64,000 nt of DNA, from assembly GCA_051362555.1 (NCBI GenBank), contig CM120645.1, forward strand, positions 9,734,001 to 9,798,000. Reading direction: 5' to 3'. Below, piece by piece: positions 11,201 through 25,843 of the stretch. A program made the translations under genes and the position numbers. The stretch is from Lingula anatina. Taxonomy: Eukaryota; Animalia; Brachiopoda. Under the pieces are notes generated by a model that ran no database searches, was not told the DNA's origin, and saw nothing but the letters and a program-made list of their open reading frames with translations. The stretch's first letter is position 1. Each line of letters begins with the position of its first letter.

Positions 11201-12490
11201 CTCTTTCAAAAGCAAAACAAAAAAATGTGAAAATCGTAAGTAGATGTTACAGTACAACTGCGTGAAATCTGTATTCCCAACCTTGGAAATGTGATTTAGT
11301 CAAGGATTAAAGACATTTTCATAAGTATGATGAGTCTTTGTTATTTATTTTTCTTATATCTTAATATATTAAATTTGCAAGTACCAATGCTTCACCAGAC
11401 ATTAACACCTGTCTTCAGTCTCCTCAAATTACCTGTATTAAGGAGCAGGTAATATACACAGTTGAGTTGATATCTTTTTATGACCAAAGGTGACGTGTAA
11501 CTTTCCTTATCATAAAGAATAAAAAGTTCATTCTTATCCCAACGTGCAAATGAAACAATGTCCAGAAGCCATTTCATAAGTGATTCTTTTTTCAATACGG
11601 CTTTCAATTTGCCAGCACAGCAAGGTCAGGCATAGCACTATTCTGGGGTCAAACAAAGCAGGCTAGAAGAAAGTGGGCCATAGAAATCTTACCGTCAGAG
11701 AAGCTATTTGAAAGAATATCAGTTTTATTGATTCTCACCCGTTGAATAATACTAGTTGCAGTCTGTATTCATGCTTTTCTAACTTTGGCATGATTTGTCA
11801 GTGTGGAAACTGTTCAGTGTTTTAATGCGATTATTCAGGTCCCTAGCCTTATGACCAGAAAAGGTTTGCTTAGAATCCAAAATTTGATCTAGATTTAATG
11901 CCAGTTCTCAAGTTGGGTCAAGTAAGGGGGTGAAAAAGGTCAATTTTTTCCAGAAAAAGACCCCCCCCCCTCCTGCCTGACAATCTTGATTAGTTATTGA
12001 AGAAAAAAAAAAGTAATTTGGGGAAAGGCATTTAGTACAATTATCCTGCCCTTGTTAAATTTATCTGGAGCAGTTGCGTCTTTTGGGATACTTGTATGTA
12101 TTATTGATCAAGTCACTGTTCACCTATAACTATTGGACTTTACATGATTTTCATCACTTTAATTTTGACCTGTGCCCTCGGGTTAAAAAAATTGGGTACT
12201 TTTGATGGATAACAATTACTTCACCAGCTTTTTGAAAAAAGAATACCACTGGCAGGTGATACAGTAAGGAAAAGGCCCACCACCCCTTCAGTTTTTTTTA
12301 CACCTGAAAGGCCCCATATTAAACTGTGTTTTCAGTTTATCTCTATACTGACTGGGCGGAGAGGTCCACCTGCCCAGTTCTGGGTCAGTGCACAAGGCAG
12401 AGATAATAGCCAGTGGTCATCTAAGTACAGGATATGAAGGGAATCTGGACGGACACCCAGGCCAGCCTATTGTTGGAGTGGGGGCGTCTC

Positions 12491-12650
12491 GATAGTCCGA
12501 AATTTCATCGGTTCGATGGTTCATTGGTCTGAATGATAACATTTTCATCGTTTTTTAAATCAAGGATTCATTGGTCGAAGGTTCTATAGTGAACATTTGG
12601 ACCAATGAACCTTCGGACTATTGAACCTATGGACTGTGTCGACTATTGCT
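12491..12650. mobile_element. Degenerate foldback-type repeat made of ~17-bp GGTTCATTGGTCCGAA-like modules
   Basis: Left side has ggttcattggtctgaa and ttcattggtcgaaggttc. Right side has the inverted forms ggaccaatgaaccttcggactattgaacc. Confidence 0.5.
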
Positions 12651-13819
12651 ACGGCCCTGTTGAAGTAGAAAAGACCAAGGCTGAAAGGGGTAATGTTTTG
12701 TCCATGTGAGACAGAGACTTGCGGTGGCCCTGTTAACATCCAAATGCACATGTCTTCACCACTTTATTCTTCTTCTGTCTGCCAGAAAATAATATATAAA
12801 TTGAATTTTAACCACTACATTACAGTGTGCTGAAGCATTAATCTGATCAGTTTATGACGCATATTGGGGCCATTTTTAGTCTCAGATATTCTTGTAGTGT
12901 ACACAAATCTTAACACAGGGGCTGGGGAGGGGGGAGGGAGAAGGTCAATGAAGCCAATGTAAGTGACTGGTATTGTGGCATAGTGATCAGTGTATTATAA
13001 AGAGATCAGTCACAGGATTTAAGATGCCATTAACTTAAACTAACAAACTTAATTATAAACATCCAAACTAACAAAGGATGGATTCCTGAACTGATTTCCC
13101 CTCTCTCAGCAAGATTCATCAATGATTCCTCTAATGATTCCACCAGTGTTCAGCTAATTCCCCTGGTGGGACAAACAACATTATCTTCATTAGTATCATG
13201 AAGCCCACACGGTATTGCTATATTTAACCAGGTAGTTGGCTTAGTTATCGATAGTCATTACTGAATCATTCTGTTAAGTTGTAATTTTTTGCGCCAGATG
13301 TCCTTTGATAAGTATCATAAGATTGGGCTGGCATATTATGCAATTATGTTCCAAGATTTGGCAGATCAGCTTTTATTGAACAATTTATGTAAATTGTCTT
13401 TCCCCTAAAGGAGCTTTTTTACTATGAAATTAAACATCATAATATTATGTTTATATATTTTTTTCTTTGGTTGATTTTGGTTTTTTGTCTTAAAAGTTGA
13501 AAGAGAAAGTCTTTCATTTTACAGTGAAAGGTTACAACAATAAATAAATAAATAAAATAATGAATGAATAAAAAGAGAAAAATTATTCTGTTCAAAATAT
13601 TTGTAAATTATTTTTAAAAAATCTGTAATGCAACAATCAAACCTCTCACCAAGGGTCAAATATGCAAGAGCTTTCTTGGCTCAATATATTTTTCAATTGA
13701 TTTTTCTACAGCTGTCTCCCAACTGTATACAAAATATGCTTAGTCCCAATGTCTTTTCAAAAGGACAAACATCTGATTTGATTTTGAAAATGAAATTCGC
13801 TGATGAAATCAGAATCAGC

Positions 13820-13850
<31 letters not shown>

Positions 13851-16800
13851 GGGGGGGGGGGCGGGAAGCAAAAACATTTAAAGTCTTTACCCAGTTAAGA
13901 ATACCAATGTTCAATTGAAACACTTCTTTATGTGTATACAGTAAATTTCGTAAAAAAAAAAAATAATAATAATAATTTAGCCCCAACAACTTATTACATT
14001 TTCCCACCCACCCTCTCTCTCCCTCCCTCTCTCTCTCTCATTTAGGAAAATGAATTCTAACAGCTTCTAAAATAGCACTCTGTTATATTCTATTCTTAAG
14101 TGATGCGTTTGGTAATCACCCTATTTATTAAATTGGTTGATTGGTAAACCCATACAAATGGACAGTAGCTTAAAACGACAAATCTGTAGTATGATGCATG
14201 GATAAATATTTCTCCAGTCATCGCCTTGACTCCCCTGGCTATTATACAAAGGAAATCAATGCTATTGATTCTAATGTACACTTGCAAAGTAAACTTTGTC
14301 TTCTAGCATTGATTGTACGGGGAAAAAGCATTACTGGCCATGCTCGAAATCTAGCAGCCATTATCTACGGCATGCTTCAAAAGCCAATATTTCCTTAAAA
14401 AGCTGTTTTGAGTGAAAGCCCCCTCCCCCTCCCACACCCCCTCCTCCCTCTAAAACAAACTCTTGAAATTCTTATACAGTCACATTAAAAAAAACATGCA
14501 GGAGCAAAATCTGGACAAATTTACATGGAGAGAGAGAGAGTGAGAGAGGTTTGGTGTATTATTTCTAAGTTCATTTCCTCTATTTCCAGTGTTAACTGAA
14601 TGAAAGCAATAAGCATCTATTAAGATTCCAAAAACCAACCTCAATTTTCTCAAGGGGAGAGATGCTGATAGCACTTTAGACAATGCACGCTGTCAATTAC
14701 TAATGCATCACTTTGCATTATTCATGAGGCTTGGCGTAATACTTCCAAACGACTTTTCTCCCCAGTCTGAAGTCTACTTAATGGATCAGATGGATCAATG
14801 AAAGCTGCTACGCCAAGCTTTTGTGTTCTTACACATCAGCCCTTGCGGAGGTATTAATTAATTGAACCCTCTGATCCCACATATAAGAAAGTGCTGTATA
14901 TTCATAAGGGAAGAAGGACTAGGGTTGCGGGATCTACATGTACATGTACAAAGTTTTCCAATATCTCTCTACCTTCAACTCCATTCACATATATTCATGA
15001 CTCAATCAACTCTCTTCAGAAGCACTGCTTCTTAATTAGGGTAACTTTTTCATAAAGATGCTGCTCACTCTTCAAAACAGACACACAATGTGTAGACTTT
15101 TAAGTGGCCTAACACACACACACACTAAGAAATTTGTCACATGCTGTAAATTCAGTGTAATGCAATCAACTCAAATGATGCAATGCAATCAACCACCAAA
15201 CAATCAAACTGATTCTTATAACAAGACAGCTTGGGAGACTTTGGAATAAGATCAAATCCATATGGATGTTCACTTTTTCCATTCCTACAGAGATACCAGT
15301 ATCTGAGTGATAACCTTGTCACCATCCTATCTGTAAATTAAGTAACCAAACCAGGTAAATCTCAGGTATGAGGTTGTTGCAATTATGCCTTACTTAGACT
15401 GAACTTACCACCAGTGTAAATTGTTTGGTAAAGTGTTATAAGCTTGTGTATTTTTACAAACTGTTTGAATCATGGAATCTATAATATATATAGTTATTTC
15501 AGAGGTGGATGTTAGAGTGTAACATGGTATTATATAATATATTGCACAAGCCCATTGTCATATGATATATACTACGCAATGCTGTGTGTCATTATAAGCT
15601 AAGGGACTGTGTCATTTTGGTGGTAGCATATTGAGTTACCTTCTGTGTACATGTAGATAGGACCGCAGAAAGCAGCGTTGCACTTACTGTATACAATACA
15701 ATCCTTGTCACTGTGCCCTATGTAAGAAAAAAAAAAAAAAAAAAGAGAAGAGAGGCTTCAATTTCTCGGTTTAAAAAATGCTCAGAAGTGGATGTCAATG
15801 TGTTGTTTACAGTAGAAGTTTTAGGAAGTTGTCCTCTATATAGTAGTGCAGGTTGGGTGGTGCCTACATACATTCATTTAGCTATGTTCAGAACTAGGTC
15901 CATGAATTCTGACACTGTTGATTGGTGTCAGACATGCTATCCTGACTTTTATTGTTACACATTTGAAATTATAAAAATAAAAAAGAAGAGAAATAAGTTG
16001 TTTTTAAATTTTTTTAAGCGTTAAGAGATCAGAATCATATCTGCGTTTTTTTTTCGAGGTCTGAGTTATCAAATTATCTATGATATGTTTTTCTTCTTTA
16101 GACAGACCTCTGCATATTTGTACCCGGGTGCCTTAGCCCATGTCCTGTGATAAAATACAGATAAAATTATTTTTGTTCTTCATAACAGGAATCAAGTTAT
16201 GGATGATGGTTTACATCTTACATATCGTGACACACCTAGAGTGTTTATGAAAAACATTTCAAAAATGGAACGTCATTTCAGCATTGTTTTTAAACTTTAT
16301 CGCAGCAGTCAATATTAATGCGTTTTCTGGTTGTGCACCTTGTATGTTGGAGGCGCTGCGATGTTATCAAGAGGCCATGGCCTTCTGCTTGATGGAGGGT
16401 TTGAAAGCGAGTTTTGGAGATGTTTTTGTGGCCTGCCCACATGGGTGGACAATAAATGACCACTTGGTTACAGCATAAAGCTAAGGACTCGGTGAGTTAT
16501 GGGTTGTCTCCAAGGCTTCGTGAACATCCAGGGTAATTGCCGTGCACTCCATATCCCCTCCCCCCCCTCTCCATCAATTTTCAAGGGCACAGGCATGAAT
16601 GTATGGTGCATCAAAAGCTTATGATAACTGCTGCATAGATTGATACATGTAGCCTACGTAGCTACTTTTTGTCTCCGTGTTCTTTAGTGTGTGATCTGTT
16701 ACATTTCACCATTCAAACTTTTGAGTTTAATTATAATTCTTGAAAAATTGTACTTTTGGTGCATGAGTCAGTTGTGAATAACGAAAAATTATCCAGAAAA

Positions 16801-19800
16801 TAGATGTAAGAATGTTTTTGCTGTGCATTAACTTTATTAATGTGGCTCATTGAATGGTCATTAAAAAAAATCATTAAAATTTGTGTTGTTTTTCACCTTC
16901 ACAGCTTAGCATAAGGATGCATAATGAGGCAAATGTTATTGATTGAATTTACAGTCCCTTCAAGTCTTCTTTCCCCTCCCCCCCTTATTCTACAGCTGTG
17001 TCTTCGCAGAAACAGCAACCTTTTTTTTTTGGTTGAAATGGCAGATTATATGGAGCTAATTTTGGGTGAACAAAAATAAAACAATGAATGCTCACATTTC
17101 TTTGTTTGTTTAGCCTTTTGAAAAAAGAATGCCTGGGGCAATCTTTTTTTACTCATTTTTAGTGATTGTGTTATACCAGATGTTTAGTTATCAAAACATA
17201 CCATTAAAATGAGACAGAAAATGACGAAAGCTTTGCATAGCACAGAAAATACATTTTTACAGACACATTCGTATCGTGTTTTGAAAAGATGACAGGTGAC
17301 ATTTTTTGAGAGAAAATGTACGTATACTTTTAAATTATGGCAGACAAAGAAAAGAAAAGAGGGTGAAAGAGGAGTTTGTTTCTTCTTACTTTAATTTCTA
17401 AAACACATTGAAGTTCTCAAATAACATTATATTTCTTCCAGATTATGAAGTAAGAGCCATAGATTAAAGAATATCCACACAAAATTTAAAAATCAATGAT
17501 CTGAACTGAATGACATCCTACATCCAAAAACCCTTATAAAGAAACATCCAAACTGGGGCACTCTAGACAAGAAAACAAAAGGATGTATGTTTTGCTATAA
17601 AAAAGATAAGAAATTGGTTCATAACCCCCTCCCCTAAAACATCAATTCAGAGCATGAAGTTAACATATTTCTTGACCTAGGTTATAAACTACCCCACATT
17701 TTAAATATTGATGTACTGTACTGGAGATCCCTCCATAAATATTGCATGTCACCAGACATCAGCCATAATTCAGCCGTCCAGGTGATCACTCGTACTGGTA
17801 TCTTCTTTGAATTTATAACTTCAACAATGGGCCTGTCAGGACTAAAACAATCACAAGTTCATGTCACAAGTTTATGATGAGGATGTCAAAACTGAACTAT
17901 GCTCCGCTTGGCCTTGCTCGACATATAAATCTGGAAGATCATAACAGGTCTAATTTCGTTGACTATTTTGATGCTGTTTTCCTTCCTTGTGATGACACTT
18001 GGGGCCAAATATTGAGAGTCAAATACAGCTCAGACTTGATGTGGGGGCAGGTTAATGTATTTGTCTGTTTTCTAAAAATTAAATACAACATGCCATCCTT
18101 ACTTTTTATGACTGTAAGCACTTATACATGATTAATATGTTATTCATAATTGCGTCATGGGATGTTTTCCAAAACAAAACTTTTTTGTTTTTCATAGGGG
18201 GAACATTCAGTTCTCTTGTACCTTTTCTGTCAAAAAAGTGGCAAGGAGTGTTCAGTGTGAAATTTTATTCGAATGATCTTATTAGTTTGTATCTCAAGAC
18301 ATCTCTTAATACCTCCAATTAACCCATTAACTTACTAACAACTTTTATTAACAGTGGTTTAAAAAAAAAAATCTTTATGCCACTAAATAAGGCACTAAAA
18401 CTGGTCTAAAAAGTTTCTTCTATTTATTATAATTTATCTGAAAGAATAAAAAAAGAGTTCAGTGGTAAACCATGAAAAATCGAATAGACTCACTTCTCCA
18501 TATCATGGTTTATTGAGTTGGGAATCGGTCACTTAGAATAATAGTAGTCAAATATATGCAGCTCTACTGGTTAACCGCAGTGAAAGTGTTGACATTAAGT
18601 GGTGTACTGAAGTAAAAAAAATAATGAACACAACTGACCTGTTTTAAAATATTATTCAAAAGGCAAAATGCACTAATGTACTGAAATAGCGCACTAAAAC
18701 CAATACTTAAATAGGCAATGCAAAACACATTTTGTTGGTTTATTCATGGGTAACCTCATTTCTAAACTTATTCCTTCCTTTTTCAGTACGCTTGCAGAAC
18801 CTGAGATTGATACGAAGGTACAACAAAGCACACTTATGATGTTTATTTACAGGCTAACTGCCTTTACCTTTTTTTCTTTTCTTTTCTAGCCCCCTTGTAG
18901 TGTGAGCGTTGATTGTTCGCTCTTCATTCATTGCCCATGGTTATGTGCAAACACTAACATGGAACAGAATGGGACGATGTTTACACACAGAAACGTTTAA
19001 AAAAGGTCATGGTAAAATAGCACATGTTAAAAACCCATTCAATTACGCAAATTGCAATCAGCGAGAGTCCCTGCAGAGTTGGGTTGATCCACGTAGACTG
19101 ATGGTGTCTATGGGAATGCAGTCAAAGTGTACTGAATAATGAATACACACTTTCACTAGTTGATATAACCATATTAATTGTCGTTAAATATGGCGATTTG
19201 CATTTCAAAAGACATGTATCATTATGTTTGAAATTATGTTGCTCACAAAAATCCTTAAGCATTTAAGGGGTTAAGGGGGGACTTTTTTTTAGTATCAATC
19301 ATAAAGTGAGGTTTATGACAGCTTGTGATATGCATTGCATGACTTGAAGTTTTATTGGTTGTTTATAAACAATAAAATTTGAGCATGCAGGCTTATATCA
19401 TTACAGGAGATGGGAGTAATTTGAAAAAAAAAAAAACTGTTTTGACTTAAAAAAGGGATAAGTAAATAATTGATCTGGACAGAAAAAGATACAAAGACAC
19501 AACAAAAATTGTTTTGAAAGAATCTATTTAACTTTTTTCTGAGAGAAATTTACAGAAGTGAGACAGGGACAAATTTGGGCCACTTGTGGTCTCTTCCACC
19601 CACTGAGAAAGGAAACGTACATGTAACAACTGGACATGTGATTAATAAATCAACTCTAGATTTTATTTGAACTGTCTCCACATTGTATGTACTTAGGTTA
19701 GTTAACTGCTGAGGCAATATTCTCTACCATTAGGAGAGTCACAGTCAGCATTGTTTTCACTGCAGGTCTCATCAAGGTGCACATTTGAATCTGCTACAAC

Positions 19801-22800
19801 TGTTTTTTTTTTCATTTAATTAATTGTTTGTTGATATTATTATTATTGAGTGCACACAGCTTATCTTTGTGCAAAGGAATTTGCGGAGCATATATATATA
19901 TCTGGAAAAAAATCTTCCTGAAAATAAGCACCCCATGGCGGAGTAACCATGCGGGCAAAATTTTGCACTGCCACGCCGTGTAAATATACTGCACTGGATC
20001 ACTGGCACATGAGGGTTTTCTTCCTGTTATCACTGAATTATAATCTTTCCAGTTTATTATGGCCAAAATTAATAAATAAATAAATAAATAAATAGATAAA
20101 TAAATAAAATAATATTTTTGAGAAAAAATATCTGCTGCAACGTCTTGCACCCAAGAGTGTTGTAAATTATTACTCTCTAATAAAAAGTCAAGTTTTTTAA
20201 TGTATTAGAAAGTTTCACGATTTGTAGATTTGTGCAACTGATAGTCCAGCTTGTACAACACCATTATTATTTACGTCTGTACATTTTCAACAACTCAGTC
20301 TGATGTAAAACTATAAATAAAGAATTGCATAACAATTGGATATAATTTTCCATATTATCTCTGCGACCCTCCCCCTTCCTGTTCAAACCAGACTATCCAT
20401 AGCCAGGTCGCTGACACGTAATCAATCACATTTGTTTTATGACATCCGGCAAAAAATATCTATATGATTGCCATATCTGTACATCTGTCAAATAGATGTG
20501 CCCAAAAAATCAATGAATGACCACTTGCAACAAGCACTGTGGGAATTTTTGTACATGACCACTGACACATTTTCTGAAACACGTGCCCAATGAAAATACC
20601 TTAATTAAATTTATATGGAGAGGACTTAATTAAAAAAGTGTTCCGTGTGCATTAATTAACATAGTTTTGTGTGAGATTTTTAAAAGATAATGATTTTGTG
20701 TATGAGCTGACAAACCGAAGATATTAATAAAGATAGGTTCTTAAACAAACCTCAAATAAGCACAATCATTAATGAAATTACTTTCATTAATGATGATAAC
20801 CTAAATGTTGTACAAAGAACTGATAATTTTTTCCATAGCAAACAAGTTGTTTTTCATTAAAATCCCATGCGGGAGTCCCAACAACATTACTAATTTTATG
20901 TAAACAAATCAATTCTCTAAACAAAGCTCTACACAAACATATTGAAAATCTATCAATATTATCAAAGGCCTGTCCAATAAATGCCAACGGAACAGGGGGT
21001 TTATGATCATAAACAATCCCTTTAACCCTGACTTAATAGAGGTGCAATATCCTCCACAGCCTCTTGGTCAGAGGTGGTCAGGCTGCCATGAGGTAGTTGA
21101 CCAGCATTTCTCTCAACTGTATCCAATGTTAACCACAACACAGTATGGCATTCTTAAAAGAATAAACAGCAACCCCTTATTGTCATTAAGCAAACAATGA
21201 ATGGTTATAAAGGGAATGGTTTAATAATACAGTCTGATAATTGCTGGGACTGTTAAAGAGTTGATACTGTTTAACAATGAAGTGACCCCACAGAGAGCAA
21301 AGAAATGCTCCATTCCATTTGAGCATTTAACAGGTGGATGATGGAAGCATGACCCTGCATTTCTTAGAAACAAGCAAAAACACCATCTAAACATCGGACC
21401 AGTAGTGAGTTGCAGTAAAATAAATGACCATTAAGGGAAGGATTCTTTTGCTTTGTAAGTGGTCATATTGTGAACGTAAATCAAGTGTCCATGTGTTACA
21501 AATTGTCTAGAAATTTAATTTTGTTTTTTTTTTTCTCCCTTTCTTTCTTTTTTTGGGGTTGGGGGGTTGGGGGGGGGGGAGGAATAGGGCAATTATTCTG
21601 TAAAATGACAAAGAAAACATAATACAATTATGATACATTTTCCATTCTTATTACCATTTTTGAAATATTAGAAAAATAATTTTTTAAATTTAAATCTTAC
21701 ACTCATCATGTTCTTTTACATGTATTTCACCGCTGCATTCATTTGATTAACTGTCAAATTATGTTTTGTGAACATTAATGCAACTTGAATTTCATTTCAG
21801 CTGTATTATTTAAATAATTAAATATACTGTAGACTTGTAGACTTCCTCAGGAAAGCAGGCAAGTAAAAATTAAAAAAAAATGAATGAATAAATGAAATAA
21901 ATATTAAATAAAATTGAAACAAGGTAAAAAAACCGTATCTGATTCACAAAAAATACCATCATGAGCAATATGGTCATATGTTGAAAGCACAGATAGAGAA
22001 AGATAGAGCATCACATGTTGTCTGACACAAATATGACAAAAGAACATACTAAAACATTGTAATCATAATTCATCATATCTCGGGAACAGGTGGGTGAACG
22101 TTACAAGGGCAGGGATTGTAGGAGACAGAGTCACATGTTAGTTAATAGGTATACACGCGAACCTCCCATGTTTACCAGAAAATACACACCTGCATGATAA
22201 ATGCGAATTAATATACATGATTAATTGATATTGACAGTAGGTATTATTTTTTCAGGGTATACATGTTATGTAAGAAAACCCTCTCCATCCCCCTACTTCT
22301 CCCCCTGTTTTGTAAACGAATGAAATTACACTTCATTAAGGGAGTTTAGGGCATATTTCTAAAGCTAGTAGAGTATGGTGATCGAAATATCGTTTTTTTC
22401 TCTCTCGTCAGCAGCAATGTATGGCCCGTGGTTTTCAAAACAGTTACTGGCAAAACTTGTCACGTGTAAGCAAAACACGTGCTGTCCAGCACTATGCAAG
22501 GATCAGGTGAAATTTCAGCCTCATCACTTATACTCAGGTCATCAATTTCACAGCTTTTTTATTAAGGTGGTCCCAGTGACCTTGGCAGTACCACTGTAGG
22601 TCAAGGTGGTCATTTTATCAACTGACCCATCAACCGGCCTTGAGTTTCATATTTGGCCTAAGTTCACCCCTAGCTGTCTCAGGTGATCAAAATCACAAAT
22701 TTAAGACACACAGATGCATATGATTCCTTGCAATTGCATGTGATCTATCTTTTGGTTTTTGTTGACAACTCTGAGAAAATGAATAATGGAAAAAAGGCTA

Positions 22801-25205
22801 GCGATGTAAAAAAGTCGAGTCAAATCACCTCAAAACGCATTTTCATTTGAAACTTTTGTAAGGGGCCTGACAGCTTGTATGTGAATCATTCATTGTTATT
22901 ATTCAAAATCTCTTGGTTCACAGATATGGTAATACAAGCCATACGCCAGCAACAGGAGTGGGTTTCATGCAGTCATCACATATACAAGACAGAGACAGAA
23001 ATTATCGTCCATCATCATGAAAGGTACTTTACAGTGGACACTATTAATAACAAAACATTTTGATTTAGAACTCATATGTGTACATTAGTACTTTCCCATC
23101 CACCAATAAGAATCATGTATCATGCAGATCCCTCATTTATTTGATGATTTGCCTTGCTCATTTTTCCTGTAAAATCATTTGGAAACCTCATGCAGAGCCT
23201 AATGATCATTTACATAGTATTAAGACTGTATTTATACCAACAGGACACAAAGGTTTCAATATAAATGTATGGAACCATATGTAATTGAAAGTCCAACATG
23301 AAAAGGGTATTCTTAACTACTGTATGATAAAAACATTAAAATCTAAAAATGATCGCATAATTTTAAAGAGGTTCTTATGGCTGAAAGTTTTCCTTTTTTT
23401 TTTAAATTTACTTTATGTAATTTGCTATTACCTTTTATCTTGAGACAAGATGGGAGTTGCCCTAATTACCCTCTACCCCCTTTTCTTACCCATTTCTTTC
23501 TTTTTCATATGAAGTATGAGAGTATCAAACCCCCCCATCCCCAGCTAAGATTGCATGCTACAAACAATAAAAGTTAAGACACACGCACGTCATCCCCTCG
23601 CTTAATTTGTGTGCGGTAGGACTTTTCTTGTGATGAATGAACTCTCTGACTCAGTTTAACCGACTATTTTCTTCCATCTGACCACAGAACTCACCTTAAT
23701 AAACATCTACTGTGTTTTTTTGTGGTTTCACAGTCATTAAAATATCATAGGTCCCATATATATAGGACAGGCACCATCTCATTAGAGTTCAGTGCTGAAA
23801 AAGAATTTTTGCTCCAAAGCGACTTTCTCTAATGATGAGACTACATCATTATATAGCATCTATATATATCAATCTTCAAGTTTATCATACAGTTAATTTG
23901 TCATCAATTGCAATATTGCTGTTTTTTTTTTTTCATCTTTTAAGAAGGCGAATTACTATAATTTTGAAAAAAAAAAGGTCACCAAGAGCACTAATGTCCT
24001 TCACAACCCCTCGATAATAACAATCAGGCAAGGATGCTGATTTGTATAGTGGCCACATGTGTCTGCATGTGCAATCACATCCATCAATTTATCTATCAGT
24101 CTATACATCTCAAACCTCTCGTATCAAAGTTACTAATCTACATAGCAACTGTCGAGGGCCAGAATTGTGTGCTGTGGAAGATACCAGGTTATGGACATAT
24201 TTGACCTGTCTTCATCTTTTCTGCATGTCATAACATATTAAGGAAGAAAGGGAGGAAGAGGGAGGTACATATATACATGTATATAATGGTACATTCACAA
24301 AGCTAAACACACTTTTTGTAATAGTATTGTGTTTGATATAGTATTGGGATTGGTCATAACTCCCAAGTTCCATTCACAAAATTTTCTGTTCATTTCACCA
24401 TCGGATCCATCCTGCAGTATGTGACACACATGGCCAAGCTGGTTACTCCTTTCGCTCCCCCCCTCATTTCTCTGCAGCAATCAGCGACTTCCTAATAGGC
24501 ATTACTATAATATGGAACTCAATCTTCAAGCAGATTAACTGTCCTTTCAGTACTGTGAACTTGATTTCAGTGGAACTGCCAAAGCAGCCAAAACCAAAAA
24601 TTGGTTTGGCATCTACTGTGCCCTTGAGGCAGACTATGATGACTACATCCTCTTCCTGCTCAGTGACAGCAGCATATTCTTATTTCATTTCAGATAATTA
24701 TGTCTTTGTGGCTAAGTGAACCTTTTTTTCTTCTAAATTTAATATTCTTACTTGTGAGAGTAACTCACAGATGATACACTGTTGGAAGCCATTAATTATT
24801 ATTGTTGGCTGCTCCACATTTTTTTCAAAATGGAAAATTTCATCCATTTTTTTATTGTTAGCCACTTCTGTTAGACCTAATAAGGGATCTAAATAGGACT
24901 CAAAATACAGTAAGGAGTAACGCCTTTGTAGATAACTTTTACAACTAAGTCATTACTTTCTAATCAGCCCCAATTTCAACCTGATTAAACAAAAATCAGT
25001 ATTTTGAAAAACTGTTCTCCAACAAAATGAGTGATCTAAGATTAACTTTAATTATTCATAATTAAGAAATAGTTTCATGTCGCAACCAAAACCCAAGTAC
25101 ACCTTTACAGAACCTCTATATCTCCAGTTGATTTAAATATAATGGAGTACAGAAATAGACTGCATTCCACTGATTGCACTTTAGCCAGAATCTTCCAAAG
25201 AGTTA

Positions 25206-25430
25206 GGGTGCATTCCCAGAGATTTAGATCGATCCAGAGATTTAGATTCAGATCAACGCAACTCCCTGGGGGTTCACGCTAAATTGCAGTCAGCCGAGCA
25301 CGCACCATAGTTAATTACCCCCTTACAGCTTTTAGTAGGCGGGACAGATGCTTAAGCCGGCTAAGCTGACAGTAATCTAGTGAGACTCCCCACAGGGATA
25401 GATCGATCTAAAATCTATGGGAATGGGGTC
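25206..25430. mobile_element. PIF/Harbinger-like MITE, copy 1
   Basis: TTA flanks on both sides (25203-25205 and 25431-25433). Imperfect TIRs gggtgcattcccagagatttagatcgatc ... gatcgatctaaaatctatgggaatggggtc. An inverted second copy lies at ~39819-40020. Confidence 0.7.
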
Positions 25431-25724
25431 TTAGACTGACTCAGATAATATGATGTGTGAATTTGAATGCATCCAGATTCAGACATGTTCTGTAAAACTG
25501 TGTGGAAACTGCACTTAAACTGCTGATAATTGCATGTGGTAGTAAAGGAGTCCTGATACAAGTATTGTGAAAGACCATTACACAAGAAATTTAACTAGTT
25601 CTGAAAAAGTTATCACTTGGTCAATCTCCAGTCTAGCAGTGGGCAATAAAATGAATGCAACGTGACGATATGGAAGTAGCATATACTAGCAGATGACATC
25701 AAGTAGACTGAACCAGAACTGGTT

Positions 25725-25843
25725 TCAATGTTGTATCCATGTGAGCACATTTCTGATGTCTTTCCTCTTTTGGAAAGACATCAGAAATGTGCTCACATGG
25801 ATACAACATTGAGCACATTTCTGATGTCTTTCCTCTTTTGGAA
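25725..25843. repeat. Perfect 41-bp inverted repeat with 6-nt loop plus a direct duplication (DUP-INV-DUP)
   Basis: 25725-25765 is the exact reverse complement of 25772-25812; 25810-25843 directly repeats 25742-25775. Confidence 0.95.

Noticed and set aside
8227-25200. Short ORFs and possible exons downstream of DYRK2
   Set aside because: No ORF has a recognisable domain or consistent splice phase chain; treated as 3' UTR and intergenic DNA.
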